Virus record (IMG/VR): IMGVR_UViG_3300024509_000014
Coordinates: 1-64,000 of that record
Direction: 5' to 3' (one strand)
DNA: 64,000 bases
DNA from: a virus
Part shown: positions 18,476 to 28,360 of the stretch, in pieces
How positions within the stretch are numbered: the stretch's first letter is position 1
Layout of the letters: each line of letters starts with the position of its first letter
Notes under the pieces: generated by a model
What the model was told of the DNA's origin: nothing
The model's input: only the letters and a program-made list of their open reading frames with translations
Databases searched by the model: none
Program-made: the position numbers and the translations under genes

Positions 18476-19225
18476 ATGCACAAGATCGCCTTCATCGTCC
18501 CCGCCTCCAAGTCTGCCGATGTCAACGGTTTTCTGGATGCGCTCACCAAACAGATCGCCAAAAAGAATCCCGATCTCAACTACGAGGTTGTGGTGGTACG
18601 CCAGGCCGACGAGGGGCCGTTGAACGCTGGTTGGTTGTGCAATGTTGGGGTTCAGGTGACGGACGCCGCTTATTTCGTCTTCCATTCTTCCGAGCCGCTT
18701 ACTGGGTCGGATGCCGACTACCGCCTGGAAGACGCCTTCGTGGAGATGGGCGGCGTGCAGATCATGCCCGTGGAAATCTACAGCGAGGTCAACGGTTACT
18801 CCAACTGCTATCCCGGCACGAATGTCCACACCGCCGACATGTTTGAGCGATGCATCCGCAAGGGCATTTTCATGTCCCGTCGCGAGGCAAACTTCCCACC
18901 ATTGACATTTGATGTCATGGAGCAGTTCAAGGCTGGCAAGCGGGTCGGCACCAACTACGACCGATCCAAGGATGGCATGTCCAGTCTGGTTTACCGGATT
19001 CTCTCGACAGACAGTCTGCCTGGGATCAAGGGCAAGGTTGTCCTGGCAACAGCTGAGCTTGGCTCGACACCAGCCCCAGCCATCCCCACGACTGAAGCTC
19101 CGGCCACCACCCAGGCTCCTCCTGCGGTGGAAGAGCTTGCCAACACAGACGGAACTGATCCGGATGAATTCCACACTTTCTGGCGCACACGAGGGGAAGA
19201 CGATGGCGCGGAGCGAGGGGTTTGA
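18476..19225 (+). CDS. beta-1,4-galactosyltransferase (GT7)-like protein, degenerate
   Basis: KIAFIVP, VVVVRQAD..PLNAGWLCNVG, YFVFH, GGV, VNGYSN match the GT7 frame; DVD and WGxEDDD motifs absent. Confidence 0.6.
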   Translation: MHKIAFIVPASKSADVNGFLDALTKQIAKKNPDLNYEVVVVRQADEGPLNAGWLCNVGVQVTDAAYFVFHSSEPLTGSDADYRLEDAFVEMGGVQIMPVEIYSEVNGYSNCYPGTNVHTADMFERCIRKGIFMSRREANFPPLTFDVMEQFKAGKRVGTNYDRSKDGMSSLVYRILSTDSLPGIKGKVVLATAELGSTPAPAIPTTEAPATTQAPPAVEELANTDGTDPDEFHTFWRTRGEDDGAERGV

Positions 19226-19442
19226 GGTTGGAGATGTCGTCTGCCTGAACAGCGGTTCGCCGCCGATGACTGTGATATCTTTTGCCAGCGATGACACTCT
19301 GGTCTTGGCGTATGCCGACCTGAATGGCAATCTGTTGCGGGAAAACCTCCCTCGCCAGGCTGTCAATCTGACCGAGTCACGCTGGTGTCTTGATGTCACT
19401 AATGCGGATGTCGACTTCGACGACGAGGAAGAGGACTACTGA
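19203..19442 (+). CDS. YodC/DUF2158-like small protein
   Basis: FEVGDVVCLNSGSPPMTV motif. Confidence 0.75.
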   Translation: MARSEGFEVGDVVCLNSGSPPMTVISFASDDTLVLAYADLNGNLLRENLPRQAVNLTESRWCLDVTNADVDFDDEEEDY

Positions 19443-19816
19443 TGCCGACCTACGATTACCGCTGCAACAGCTGCGGGCATGAGTTTGAGGTCTACCAGTC
19501 GTTCACCGACAAGGTCAAGCGCACCTGCCCAGACTGCAAGAAGAAAACCCTGGAACGACTGATCGGGTGTGGCATCGCCGCCTTTTGCCAACAAGACCCG
19601 ACCACCATCGGTCAGCTGGGTGAGCGGAATGCCAAATCGGCCGGCAAAACCAAGGTTGACGAGATTGCGGCTGAGACCGAAGCCAGCAACAAGAAGGCCC
19701 AGCAGATGCTTAGCAAGGAGGCTGGGAAAAAGCCCTGGTGGAGGGACAGCGACAAACCGCTTGATCTCAAGAAAATCAAGAATGTCAAAAAATACATCGA
19801 GGAGGGCAAGGGCTAA
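19442..19816 (+). CDS. FmdB-family zinc-ribbon protein
   Basis: MPTYDYRCNSCGHEFE...CPDC. Confidence 0.85.
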   Translation: MPTYDYRCNSCGHEFEVYQSFTDKVKRTCPDCKKKTLERLIGCGIAAFCQQDPTTIGQLGERNAKSAGKTKVDEIAAETEASNKKAQQMLSKEAGKKPWWRDSDKPLDLKKIKNVKKYIEEGKG

Positions 19817-20028
19817 TGACCACTCCGAACGACCCGACCAATCCGCATGTCGCTGTCATCTATCTTTTTTCAGAGGTTCACGAGAGGCTACCGGACGGAT
19901 CGGCCTCCGGGAATCCCGTCGAGAAGAAGAGGCTCACCCTTCATCTCAAGGGTGTTGACAGATGGACTTGTGAGCGTCGTCTGAACGAGGCAATCGAGGA
20001 GTTGATGAAATGTTGCGCAACATCGTGA
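19816..20028 (+). CDS. hypothetical protein
   Basis: TAATG coupling with upstream gene. Confidence 0.65.
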   Translation: MTTPNDPTNPHVAVIYLFSEVHERLPDGSASGNPVEKKRLTLHLKGVDRWTCERRLNEAIEELMKCCATS

Positions 20029-20345
20029 ACACCCAACCACCCACCAAGTTCGGCTTCCAGGATGGCGGGCATGTCATTCTGGAATGTTCAAGTTGCAACA
20101 AGCCTCTGGTGGATGTTTGGGCCGTGCAGCCCGACCAGCCGTTTGAATGGCAGGTCAAGGCCAAATGCTGCTACTGCGGGGACACTTCTTTCCAGAAAGA
20201 GGTGAAGGGTCTCTTTCGTTATTCTGGCGCACAGAAGCCCAGCGAGACCGATGCGGAAGATACTGTTCTCGTCACGCAGGTGACTCATCTGGAAGCTGAC
20301 GGGCAGAATGTGCTGTTCTACACGGCACCCGGAGACAAAGCATGA
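20010..20345 (+). CDS. hypothetical zinc-finger protein
   Basis: CSSC and CCYC pairs. Confidence 0.65.
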   Translation: MLRNIVNTQPPTKFGFQDGGHVILECSSCNKPLVDVWAVQPDQPFEWQVKAKCCYCGDTSFQKEVKGLFRYSGAQKPSETDAEDTVLVTQVTHLEADGQNVLFYTAPGDKA

Positions 20346-20710
20346 CCCGTCGCATCATCGACGAAGCCAAGAAATTCCTGGAGAAGAAAGTCAATCCTGT
20401 TGAGGTGACTTCCTACGACAAGAAAGCCAACCTGATCGATCCTGAAAATCATGGGTGTGTTGCGCGTATTACTGTGCATGAGAAAACCGGCCTTGAGAAA
20501 TGCGAGGTGCGTGTCTGCACCCGCGGAATCGATTCTGGCCTGTTCTACAACCCGCTCAACCATCACCACGATGACCTTGTGCGTTTTGACAGCCACACCG
20601 GAAAAATGCGTTTCTGTTGGCGAGAGGTCAGCAGGACATCGTTCGACCAATATGTCGAGTTTTTGAAAAGCGGAAATCAAGCCATGTTGCGCATGGCTCA
20701 GAGGAGTTGA
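20342..20710 (+). CDS. hypothetical protein
   Basis: ATGA overlap, GGAG RBS. Confidence 0.7.
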   Translation: MTRRIIDEAKKFLEKKVNPVEVTSYDKKANLIDPENHGCVARITVHEKTGLEKCEVRVCTRGIDSGLFYNPLNHHHDDLVRFDSHTGKMRFCWREVSRTSFDQYVEFLKSGNQAMLRMAQRS

Positions 20711-20712
20711 TC

Positions 20713-21018
20713 ATGGCCAAGAAGAAAGTGGAACCAAAGGTTCTAACCAAGGCTGAGCATTACTATCTGGAGTCTCTGGCGGGCCTGAAGAATCTTGCCG
20801 AGATCGCCGAGGATTTGGGTTGCCAGCCTGAACAAATCGCTGACGCCTACAAGAAAGCTAAGGCTAAGTCGCCCGGCAAGTTCGGTCGCCCCTCCCAAGG
20901 CGTGACCGTGATGACGGAGGCGGCTGCCATTGAGGGAGACGACCACGGCAAGGCTGTGCGGGCTGGCAATAAGTTCATGACCCGCTACGCCAAGGATCTC
21001 TACCGGGGCGAAGCCTAG
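20713..21018 (+). CDS. hypothetical protein, possible HTH
   Basis: GAGGAG RBS; LAEIAEDLGCQPEQIA HTH-like segment. Confidence 0.65.
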   Translation: MAKKKVEPKVLTKAEHYYLESLAGLKNLAEIAEDLGCQPEQIADAYKKAKAKSPGKFGRPSQGVTVMTEAAAIEGDDHGKAVRAGNKFMTRYAKDLYRGEA

Positions 21019-21428
21019 TGAGATACGGGACGCTGGCCCAGGCTCTCTCCGATGCCCCCATGGACCGGGCTTTCCTGTTGGTCGAAATGGCCGAGGGGAA
21101 CTTTGCGGTGGTGGACGGGACGAATGAGGACTGGGCTAATCTCGCCAGGTTGCCTGAGAAAATCCGTGCGGTCTGTGTCCGCTTCCGTTCTTCCAGGCTG
21201 GAAGTCAGCCCGAGGGATGCCAAAGGTTATTTCTTTCGACCCGGGGTGGGCGCTTCGCTGTCGGCGCAAATCCAACAGTACAACTTATTCGTGCTTGGGC
21301 ATCTTGAAGAAGATGGGCAAACTGTACAAACCTTTACCGTGGTAGTGCCCGAGCTTTTGGTTGTAAATTCTGATCGTCGAAATCGTCACGATCAAGAAAC
21401 TGTGGGTAAGTCCTTGATAACATCCTAG
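21018..21428 (+). CDS. hypothetical protein
   Basis: GTG coupled to upstream stop. Confidence 0.6.
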   Translation: MRYGTLAQALSDAPMDRAFLLVEMAEGNFAVVDGTNEDWANLARLPEKIRAVCVRFRSSRLEVSPRDAKGYFFRPGVGASLSAQIQQYNLFVLGHLEEDGQTVQTFTVVVPELLVVNSDRRNRHDQETVGKSLITS

Positions 21429-21463
21429 TCTCACCCCTATTCTCTCACCTGAGGGGTTAGGGA

Positions 21464-21919
21464 ATGGCAAAGAAAGCTACTGAACACAGTCGGTACGAAA
21501 GTCGCTATGGCGGTGGATGGGTTGCTCCGCAACAAATCCTGGCCGAAGTGATGTGCGAACGCCAGGCTGCCAAGGAAAAGACTTCTCTGCCAGCGAAGTT
21601 CTGGGAATTGCCGCGCTGGAAGAAGATTTTTCTTCTTCAGTTGCGATTGGCGCTCAAGCTTTTGGAAAAACACCATCCCTCCGTTATCTCAAGGGCGATC
21701 CGGTCACCCGAGGGAAAAAAGGTTTTTTCGTTTGGGGCACCCTTCTTCAAGGATGTCTTGGCTAGGGAGCAGGAAAAATACGATGCGGAAATAGCCAGTC
21801 TGGCTGCTGCGCCGCCACCGCCCCCGCCCGATCCAATCGTCAACGACCAAACACCTAGGCCGGATTTCATTCCCCGTCGTTCTTTGCGCAGCAAATTGGA
21901 GGATTTTGAGCGTGAGTAA
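21464..21919 (+). CDS. hypothetical protein
   Basis: 151-aa ORF with RBS, overlaps recA start. Confidence 0.7.
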   Translation: MAKKATEHSRYESRYGGGWVAPQQILAEVMCERQAAKEKTSLPAKFWELPRWKKIFLLQLRLALKLLEKHHPSVISRAIRSPEGKKVFSFGAPFFKDVLAREQEKYDAEIASLAAAPPPPPPDPIVNDQTPRPDFIPRRSLRSKLEDFERE

Positions 21920-24008
21920 GAGCAAGCAGGAAAGTCATGACACACAACTGCAAAAAGAACTGGTCAAGCAGTACGGGGAAGGCGTGGCTGTTTCTGCCAG
22001 AGACATGCTGGAGGAAGAAGGCCACAAGAAGATGGTGGTGCCGGTTGGCCCGGCCCTGAATGTCGGCCTGCACGGAGGCATTCCCGAGGGTTCCTGGATC
22101 ACCTGTTCAGGCCAGCCCAAGACCGGCAAGGAACAGCCAATTTCCGCTACTGTTTACACCCCCAACGGCCCGCGCAAGATCGGCGACTTGGCGGTGGGCG
22201 ATGCCGTTTGCCACCCCGACGGCTCGGTCTGTGCTGTGGTTGGCGTTTTTCCTCAGGGAGTCAAGCCGGTTTACCGCGTCACCTTCGACAACGGGGACAC
22301 GGCTGAATGCGGCATGGATCATCTTTGGGAGGTTTCGGCCAAGGCGCGCAAGTCCCCCGAAGTCGTTGCGTTGAAAGACATCAAGAACGATCTCTACTAC
22401 AAGGAAAAAAATAATCGGTGGGGACAGCGGCCCAAGTGGCATGTTCGACTGACTGCGCCGGTATTTTTCCGTCCCAGGCCGGTTCCTGTCCATCCGTATG
22501 TTGTTGGTCTGATGCTTGGCAACGGCTCCATGACCGAAAAACAGCTGAGTTTTTACGCTGCCGACAAGGAATTGGCTGTTGCTGTCGCCGATCATGGCGA
22601 GTGCGATATCTCGGCCTCCAAGTCAAACAACTACAGTTATTGGCTGACCGGGGCCAAGCAACTGAAGACCGCCCTGAAGCGTCTGGGGTTGATTGGCAGG
22701 AATTCGCACACCAAACATGTTCCTGACTGCTTTTTGTACAACTCGGTCGAGGTTCGCCAGGCTGTCTTGCAGGGGCTGATGGATACCGATGGCACCGTTG
22801 GCAAGGCTGGGAGCGCAGAGTTCACCACCGTGTCACAGCGGCTGGCCGATCAAGTGAAATGGTTGGTGCAGTCTTTGGGCGGTCTCTGTTCTGTCAGGGC
22901 TTGCCGTCGCATCTTCAATGGCAAGCTTTTCCGGTTTTATCGCTGCCACATTCGTATGTCGGACATGTCGTCCATCTTCCGTCTCCCTCGCAAGAAGGCC
23001 CGCTGCCAAAAGCGAGTCAAGACGGTCATGACCCGCAGGATTGTGGCGGTGGATTATGTGCGGGATGAACAGTCTGTCTGCATCAAGGTCTTCCGTGAGG
23101 ACGGCCTGTATTTGACCGACAACTTCATTGTCACCCACAACACTTCCACGGCGTTGTCCTTTGCCGCCCAATGCCAGAAACCAGAATACGGCAATCGGCA
23201 TGTCTACTACCTGAATATTGAGGGGCGCCTCAAGGAGATGAACCTCAAGGGGACGGCGGGACTCAACCTCGACAAATTCACCATCTTCCGGTCAACGCCC
23301 GAGCGGATTCTGACCGCCAAGGATTATTTGACCTTGGCCATGAAGGCGATCAACACCGATCCCGGCTGTCTGGTCATCATCGACTCGGTCTCCGCTTTGT
23401 GCGACGAGAAGGAAATGGACGAGGGGGTCGGCTATGAGAACCGCGGTGCTGGCAACAAGATTTTTGCCGGGTTCTGCCGTCAGGCTTCCAATGTTGTGCC
23501 CGTTCGCAATTGTTTTGTCTGGGCGATCCTTCACCTGACACAGTCCCAGGGGATGTATGGCGGTTTTGTCGAAAAAGGAAGTCGCACCCTGCAATACCAG
23601 GCCGATGTCCAGATGCGGGTCAAGTTTGATCGGGCCTGGAAGGTCGGTTCTGGCGGCAACGAAAAACAGATTGGCCAGCAGGTTCACTGGCTGATTGAGT
23701 CGTGCGCCCTCGGCCCGCCCCAGATGGAAGTGGACAGCTATATCCGCTATGGCATCGGTATCGACCATGTCTATGAGGCGATCAATCTGGGTGCGCAACT
23801 CGGCTTGATCGGCAAAGCCGGGGCGTGGATGAGCCTGGACTACATGGAACGGCACCTCGACCTGATGGGCGTCGACAAGTGGAATGATGATGCCATCAAG
23901 AGGGTCAAGACCCAGGGTGGAGAGAAGCTGTACAAACTGCTTCAGGACAACCCCTCCTGGATTGCGGCGCTTGAGTCCGAAATCAACGCCATGCTCCACC
24001 CGTCATGA
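21906..24008 (+). CDS. recA: RecA/UvsX-like recombinase containing an intein
   Basis: LHGGIPEG, Walker A GQPKTGK/T split by an intein, YLNIEGRL, Walker B LVIIDSVSAL, IRYGIGID, AGAW. Confidence 0.85.
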   Translation: MSVSKSKQESHDTQLQKELVKQYGEGVAVSARDMLEEEGHKKMVVPVGPALNVGLHGGIPEGSWITCSGQPKTGKEQPISATVYTPNGPRKIGDLAVGDAVCHPDGSVCAVVGVFPQGVKPVYRVTFDNGDTAECGMDHLWEVSAKARKSPEVVALKDIKNDLYYKEKNNRWGQRPKWHVRLTAPVFFRPRPVPVHPYVVGLMLGNGSMTEKQLSFYAADKELAVAVADHGECDISASKSNNYSYWLTGAKQLKTALKRLGLIGRNSHTKHVPDCFLYNSVEVRQAVLQGLMDTDGTVGKAGSAEFTTVSQRLADQVKWLVQSLGGLCSVRACRRIFNGKLFRFYRCHIRMSDMSSIFRLPRKKARCQKRVKTVMTRRIVAVDYVRDEQSVCIKVFREDGLYLTDNFIVTHNTSTALSFAAQCQKPEYGNRHVYYLNIEGRLKEMNLKGTAGLNLDKFTIFRSTPERILTAKDYLTLAMKAINTDPGCLVIIDSVSALCDEKEMDEGVGYENRGAGNKIFAGFCRQASNVVPVRNCFVWAILHLTQSQGMYGGFVEKGSRTLQYQADVQMRVKFDRAWKVGSGGNEKQIGQQVHWLIESCALGPPQMEVDSYIRYGIGIDHVYEAINLGAQLGLIGKAGAWMSLDYMERHLDLMGVDKWNDDAIKRVKTQGGEKLYKLLQDNPSWIAALESEINAMLHPS
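22131..23141 (+). mobile_element. class 3 intein with LAGLIDADG homing endonuclease (337 aa)
   Basis: Starts EQPISATVYTPNG; block B DHLW; LAGLIDADG-like YVVGLMLGNG and LQGLMDTDG; block F VCIKV; ends VTHN before +1 Thr. Confidence 0.9.
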
Positions 24009-24409
24009 AAGTCAAGGGCTTAGACGGCAGGACCTACACTTGGTCCTTCACCGGCAGATCTCATTCGGGGGCCGAGCTGGCCCCTCTCCGTTCCGGTTTG
24101 CACGGCCGCGTCCGGACGATCCTGCGCAGGATTTATCCCGTCGACAGGATCATGGAGGAGGTCGGATTGCCGGGGTCGAACGGCTTGCGGGTGGACTTTT
24201 ATCTGCCCCTGCGCAATCTGGTGGTCGAGGCGCACGGGGAGCAGCACTATCGTTTTGTCGCCCATTTTCATGGGACGATCATGGGTTTTCTGGAATCAAA
24301 AGCCAGAGACCAGAAGAAGTTGGACTGGTGCCATCTGAACGGCATCCAGGTGATTGAGTTGCCCTACAACGAGGAGGACGAACAGTGGGAGAAGAGGCTG
24401 AGGCAGTAA
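24005..24409 (+). CDS. PD-(D/E)xK / Vsr-DUF559-like endonuclease
   Basis: LRVDFYLP..LVVEAHGEQHY...RDQKK..WC..NGI. Confidence 0.75.
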   Translation: MKVKGLDGRTYTWSFTGRSHSGAELAPLRSGLHGRVRTILRRIYPVDRIMEEVGLPGSNGLRVDFYLPLRNLVVEAHGEQHYRFVAHFHGTIMGFLESKARDQKKLDWCHLNGIQVIELPYNEEDEQWEKRLRQ

Positions 24410-24858
24410 AGTCATCGTCCCAGTCGGTCGATGAAATGCTGGACAGTTACGAGAAGATGATCCTCCCAGCGGAAGACAAGGGCGCAATGCGCTACATCAA
24501 CATGTCGCAGCACGAGCTGAACGCCATGTCCGCAGAGGAGTGCAATGAGGCCGCCGTCATGTTGACGAGTCTGGCTTTCCATGTCGCCAAAGCCTGCAAC
24601 AAGCTGCGGGCGAAAATCCGGTATTGCAACGAGGCGATCCTCAAGTGTATTGCCAGCAAGACCGCAAATTATCGGTACAACTCGCCCGACGAAAGGAGGG
24701 CGTTGGCAATCCAGGAGGATGATTTCGCCAGCAACACGAAAAGGCAGGAGGTTTCCCTCTCCTGTCGTCTGGAGAGGATTGATTACCTTTCCCTGCGTCT
24801 GGAAAAGGTGGCTGATATGTTTGCGTCTTTGGCTGCGACCAAGAGGAGACAACAATGA
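24385..24858 (+). CDS. helical coiled-coil protein, possibly UvsY-like recombination mediator
   Basis: GAGGAGG RBS; all-helical, UvsY-like size, between recombinase and helicase (function inferred only). Confidence 0.45.
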   Translation: MGEEAEAVKSSSQSVDEMLDSYEKMILPAEDKGAMRYINMSQHELNAMSAEECNEAAVMLTSLAFHVAKACNKLRAKIRYCNEAILKCIASKTANYRYNSPDERRALAIQEDDFASNTKRQEVSLSCRLERIDYLSLRLEKVADMFASLAATKRRQQ

Positions 24859-25274
24859 GTGACAAGGATTTGCTGAAAAAGATGGCTCTGGCGATGGCGT
24901 CGGAGGACTGGGCGACTGTTGCCGAGGTGGCCAGCCAGATGGCTGGCAAGGAGACTACCCCTCCCGAGGTCGCTGCAAAACCGAAGAAAGCGCCCAAAAG
25001 CAAAAAGGCACCAGAACCTGCCAAGTCTGTATCGACCAACCAGTTCAAGGATGACCTGTCTCTTGAGAAGGGGCATATTGCCACCGACAAGAAGCTGAAC
25101 CGGAAGATGCGCCCGGCAGCCCGCAGACCTCCTTCGCAAAACCAGAGGATGGTTGATGTGGTCTGTCCAAAGTGCAACAGGACGCATCAGGTGGCAGCCG
25201 TGCAGGCGGCGTTGCGGCGCGAGATCGATTCCGGGGTGGTTTGTCCTGGTTGTCTGAAGAGGGGGAGATCATGA
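24855..25274 (+). CDS. hypothetical protein with C-terminal zinc finger
   Basis: CPKC...CPGC. Confidence 0.7.
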   Translation: MSDKDLLKKMALAMASEDWATVAEVASQMAGKETTPPEVAAKPKKAPKSKKAPEPAKSVSTNQFKDDLSLEKGHIATDKKLNRKMRPAARRPPSQNQRMVDVVCPKCNRTHQVAAVQAALRREIDSGVVCPGCLKRGRS

Positions 25275-26722
25275 ATCAAGATCCGGCAGCAGAGAGGGCC
25301 GTTTTGGCGGCTCTTCTCAAGGGTGGGCACGAGGCATGGGTGGATGTCTCCGATGTGTTGTCGGCAGACTGTTTCAGCTGTGGCACCAACGCCGTCTATT
25401 ACCGTTGCCTGGAGAAGGTTCTTGCCGAACCGAACTCCAAGGCAGACATCCCCTCCATTGTGTCGGCGGCTGGCACCCTGGGGTTTGCGGACACCTTCAA
25501 GTCCCAGGAAGAGCAGAAATACCTGCGGGCCTTGGCTGTTACTCCGGTTGAACCATCCAATTTGCGCAGGTTGGCTGCGCGTTTGGTGAAACTGCACAAG
25601 GCCAACGAATTCTCGGAAGTGATGAAGGAGTCGGCCCAGAAATTGGCCAGCATTTCCGGGGACGAGACGCTGGGCGAAATCCTGGGGATCGGTGAAGAAG
25701 CGGTTTTCAATTTCGTTGGGAGCCTGGGCAACCAGTCCGAAAGCCTGGCGCATATCTCCAAGGATCTGGACGAATACATCGACTATCTGGCCGCAAACCC
25801 GTCAGATGTCATGGGGATCAGTTCTGGTCTTCCCCAGTACGATGCCGCCATTGGCGGGGGGTTCCAGCGTGGCACAGTCAATGTCATCGGTGCCCGACCC
25901 AAGACAGGCAAAACCCAGCTGGCAGACAATATCGCCCTGCATGTCGCCTCCAAGCTGAATATTCCCGTGCTCAACCTGGACACGGAAATGTCCGCAAAGG
26001 AGCATTGGCACCGCATGTTGGCGAACCTAGCCAATGTGACCGTGGACGATGTCAAGAGTGGCAAGTTTGGCGCCGACGAGGTGAAGTCCAAGGCGGTCTA
26101 TGAGGCCAAGGAGAAGCTGAAGAACATCCCCTACCACTATGCCTCCATCGCCGGCCAGCCGTTTGAGGAGACGGTCGGGTCGATGCGTCGCTGGCTGTAC
26201 CGGCATGTCGGTTTCGACGAGTCTGGACAGACCAAACCGGCTCTCATTGTCTTCGATTACATCAAGCTGATGGACGACCGCAGCATCACCAAGAACATCT
26301 CGGAATTCCAGGCGTTGGGTTTCCTGATGACTAACTTGCACAATTTTGCGGTGCGTTATCAGGTGCCTGTCTTGGCTTTTGTCCAGTTGAACCGGGACGG
26401 CATCAACGCCGAGGACACAAGCACGGCCAGCGGTTCCGATCGCATCATCTGGCTCTGCTCAAATTTCAGCATCTACAAGTGGAAGTCCCAGGAGGAAATG
26501 GCCGAAGAGGGTGTGGGTCCGGACGGGGTCAGGTACAACCTGAAGCTCATTCCGGTGGTGTCTCGGCACGGCAAGGGTCTTGATGGTGGGGATTACATCA
26601 ACATTCAGGGGCAGTACGAATATGGCAGACTCAAGGAAGGACCGACGCGGAACGGACTACTCCGAAGCAAACCCACGCGGTCAGGCTTCGACAATCCCAC
26701 CCAAGAGTCCGCAGAATTTTGA
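25271..26722 (+). CDS. dnaB: DnaB-like replicative helicase
   Basis: AERAVL, GARPKTGKT, LDTEM, IVFDYIKL, VQLNR, SRHG. Confidence 0.9.
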   Translation: MNQDPAAERAVLAALLKGGHEAWVDVSDVLSADCFSCGTNAVYYRCLEKVLAEPNSKADIPSIVSAAGTLGFADTFKSQEEQKYLRALAVTPVEPSNLRRLAARLVKLHKANEFSEVMKESAQKLASISGDETLGEILGIGEEAVFNFVGSLGNQSESLAHISKDLDEYIDYLAANPSDVMGISSGLPQYDAAIGGGFQRGTVNVIGARPKTGKTQLADNIALHVASKLNIPVLNLDTEMSAKEHWHRMLANLANVTVDDVKSGKFGADEVKSKAVYEAKEKLKNIPYHYASIAGQPFEETVGSMRRWLYRHVGFDESGQTKPALIVFDYIKLMDDRSITKNISEFQALGFLMTNLHNFAVRYQVPVLAFVQLNRDGINAEDTSTASGSDRIIWLCSNFSIYKWKSQEEMAEEGVGPDGVRYNLKLIPVVSRHGKGLDGGDYINIQGQYEYGRLKEGPTRNGLLRSKPTRSGFDNPTQESAEF

Positions 26723-27743
26723 GCGGCTGCGCAAAATAGCAGCTGCCGCCACCCAAAAGCTGGAGACTGTTCTTGACGCCCTCGGGCTGGAGTACAAGCC
26801 TGCCGAGAATTCCTTCTTTACGGCATGCCCAGTCCATGGTGGCGACAACCCGACCGGCTGTAGGGTTTACTACAACGCCTCAATGGGCTACTGGCAATGC
26901 TTCACTCGTGGTTGCGAGAAAGTCTTCCGGGATGACACTTTCGGGTTTGTGCGGGGAGCATTGTCCCGCCAGCGTTACGGGTGGGTCGCTGAAGGAGACA
27001 AGGTCGCCACGGTCGCAGAAACCGAGAAGTTCCTTTCGGCTCTGTTGGCGATTGCCCCGGGGGCAGACATACCCCAGGTTGACAAGAGTCAGCGGGAATT
27101 CGTCACGGCAACCCGGATCATGCAGGTCGAGAGCGGTCCCGTGGGCAAATGGGGGCGTGATCTTGTCCGATCCCGGATGGAGATACCCAGCAAGTTCTTC
27201 CAGGGGCGCGGATTTGGCCAGGAGGTCTTGAACCATTTCGATGTCGGCGACACGAAGCAGGGGCCTTTTGCTGGCCGCGCTGTTGTCCCCGTTTATGACT
27301 ACACGGGCCGCATGGCCGTTGGTTTTTCTGCCCGGGCCATCGGGGACATGCAGCCAAAGTGGCGTCATTCCGAGGGGTTCTCCCGCTCCCGCGTCCTTTA
27401 CAACCAGTTTGCTGCGTTTCGGGATGCTCGTCGCAACGGAACCATCATCCTGACTGAAGGCCCCTGTGATGTTTGGCGCCTTTGGGAAGCCGGTTATCAC
27501 AATGCGGTGGCACTGTTTGGCGTTGCCTTGAGCGATGCCCAGCAAGTCCTGCTGGAGTCATCTGGAGCAAGCCGTGTGATCGTCTTCCTGGATGACGATG
27601 AGGCTGGCCAGATAGCTTCACAAAAAATCATCGGCCAGCTTTCTCGGTCTTTTCGAGTGCTTTCAGCCCAGGCTGGCAAGGGACGCGATCCTGCCGATTT
27701 GTCTGTCGACGAAATGAAAGAGATTTTAGGGAGACTCAAGTAA
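26622..27743 (+). CDS. dnaG: DnaG-like primase (zinc finger + TOPRIM)
   Basis: CPVHGGDNP...WQCFTRGC; GFSAR; LTEGPCDV; FLDDDEAG; DPAD. Confidence 0.88.
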   Translation: MADSRKDRRGTDYSEANPRGQASTIPPKSPQNFERLRKIAAAATQKLETVLDALGLEYKPAENSFFTACPVHGGDNPTGCRVYYNASMGYWQCFTRGCEKVFRDDTFGFVRGALSRQRYGWVAEGDKVATVAETEKFLSALLAIAPGADIPQVDKSQREFVTATRIMQVESGPVGKWGRDLVRSRMEIPSKFFQGRGFGQEVLNHFDVGDTKQGPFAGRAVVPVYDYTGRMAVGFSARAIGDMQPKWRHSEGFSRSRVLYNQFAAFRDARRNGTIILTEGPCDVWRLWEAGYHNAVALFGVALSDAQQVLLESSGASRVIVFLDDDEAGQIASQKIIGQLSRSFRVLSAQAGKGRDPADLSVDEMKEILGRLK

Positions 27744-28360
27744 TGCTGATAGGAATCGCTGGACGCAAGGGTGCCGGTAAAGACACTTTGGCCATGGATT
27801 TGGTGAGAAGTTCCTACCGCATCAACAGTTATTTCGGCGGCGGCAAGGTCTTCCATATGGCCGACACACTCAAGGAAGTGTGCATCAAGCTGCTTGGTCT
27901 TCAGGCTGAGTTGGTCTATGGCACCCAGCAGGACAAGGAAAAGCCCACCCATCTGAAATGGGAGGATATGCCCACCTACCCGCTGATGACGAATCCGAAA
28001 CCTTCCGGGGTCATGAGTGTGCGGGAGGTACTGCAATATTTTGGCACCGAAATCTGTCGCAAAATGTACCCGAAAGTTCACATTGACGCAACATTGAACG
28101 CAATTGCGCAATACGAGGAAAAGTCAGACTCCAAAGGGATTTATGTCGTTGCCGACCTGCGTTTTCCCAACGAGTGCCAAGCCATCAAAGAAGATGGTGG
28201 AATCGTCATAGGTTTAACACGAGGTGAAAAAGGTGACAATCATACTAGCGAAAATGCTTTAGACGACTATTCTTTTGATGTGTTGATAGACAATATCGGC
28301 ATGTCTCGCGAAGAACAGCTTGAAGCCGCCATAAAATCCCTGAGAAGGAGCTACCGTTGA
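27743..28360 (+). CDS. deoxynucleoside monophosphate kinase
   Basis: IGIAGRKGAGKDT, REVLQYFGTE, DLRFPNE, HTSE. Confidence 0.88.
   Translation: MLIGIAGRKGAGKDTLAMDLVRSSYRINSYFGGGKVFHMADTLKEVCIKLLGLQAELVYGTQQDKEKPTHLKWEDMPTYPLMTNPKPSGVMSVREVLQYFGTEICRKMYPKVHIDATLNAIAQYEEKSDSKGIYVVADLRFPNECQAIKEDGGIVIGLTRGEKGDNHTSENALDDYSFDVLIDNIGMSREEQLEAAIKSLRRSYR

Noticed and set aside
17804-19399. 531-aa minus-strand ORF
   Set aside because: Antisense shadow of several coupled + strand genes with recognisable motifs; no motif of its own
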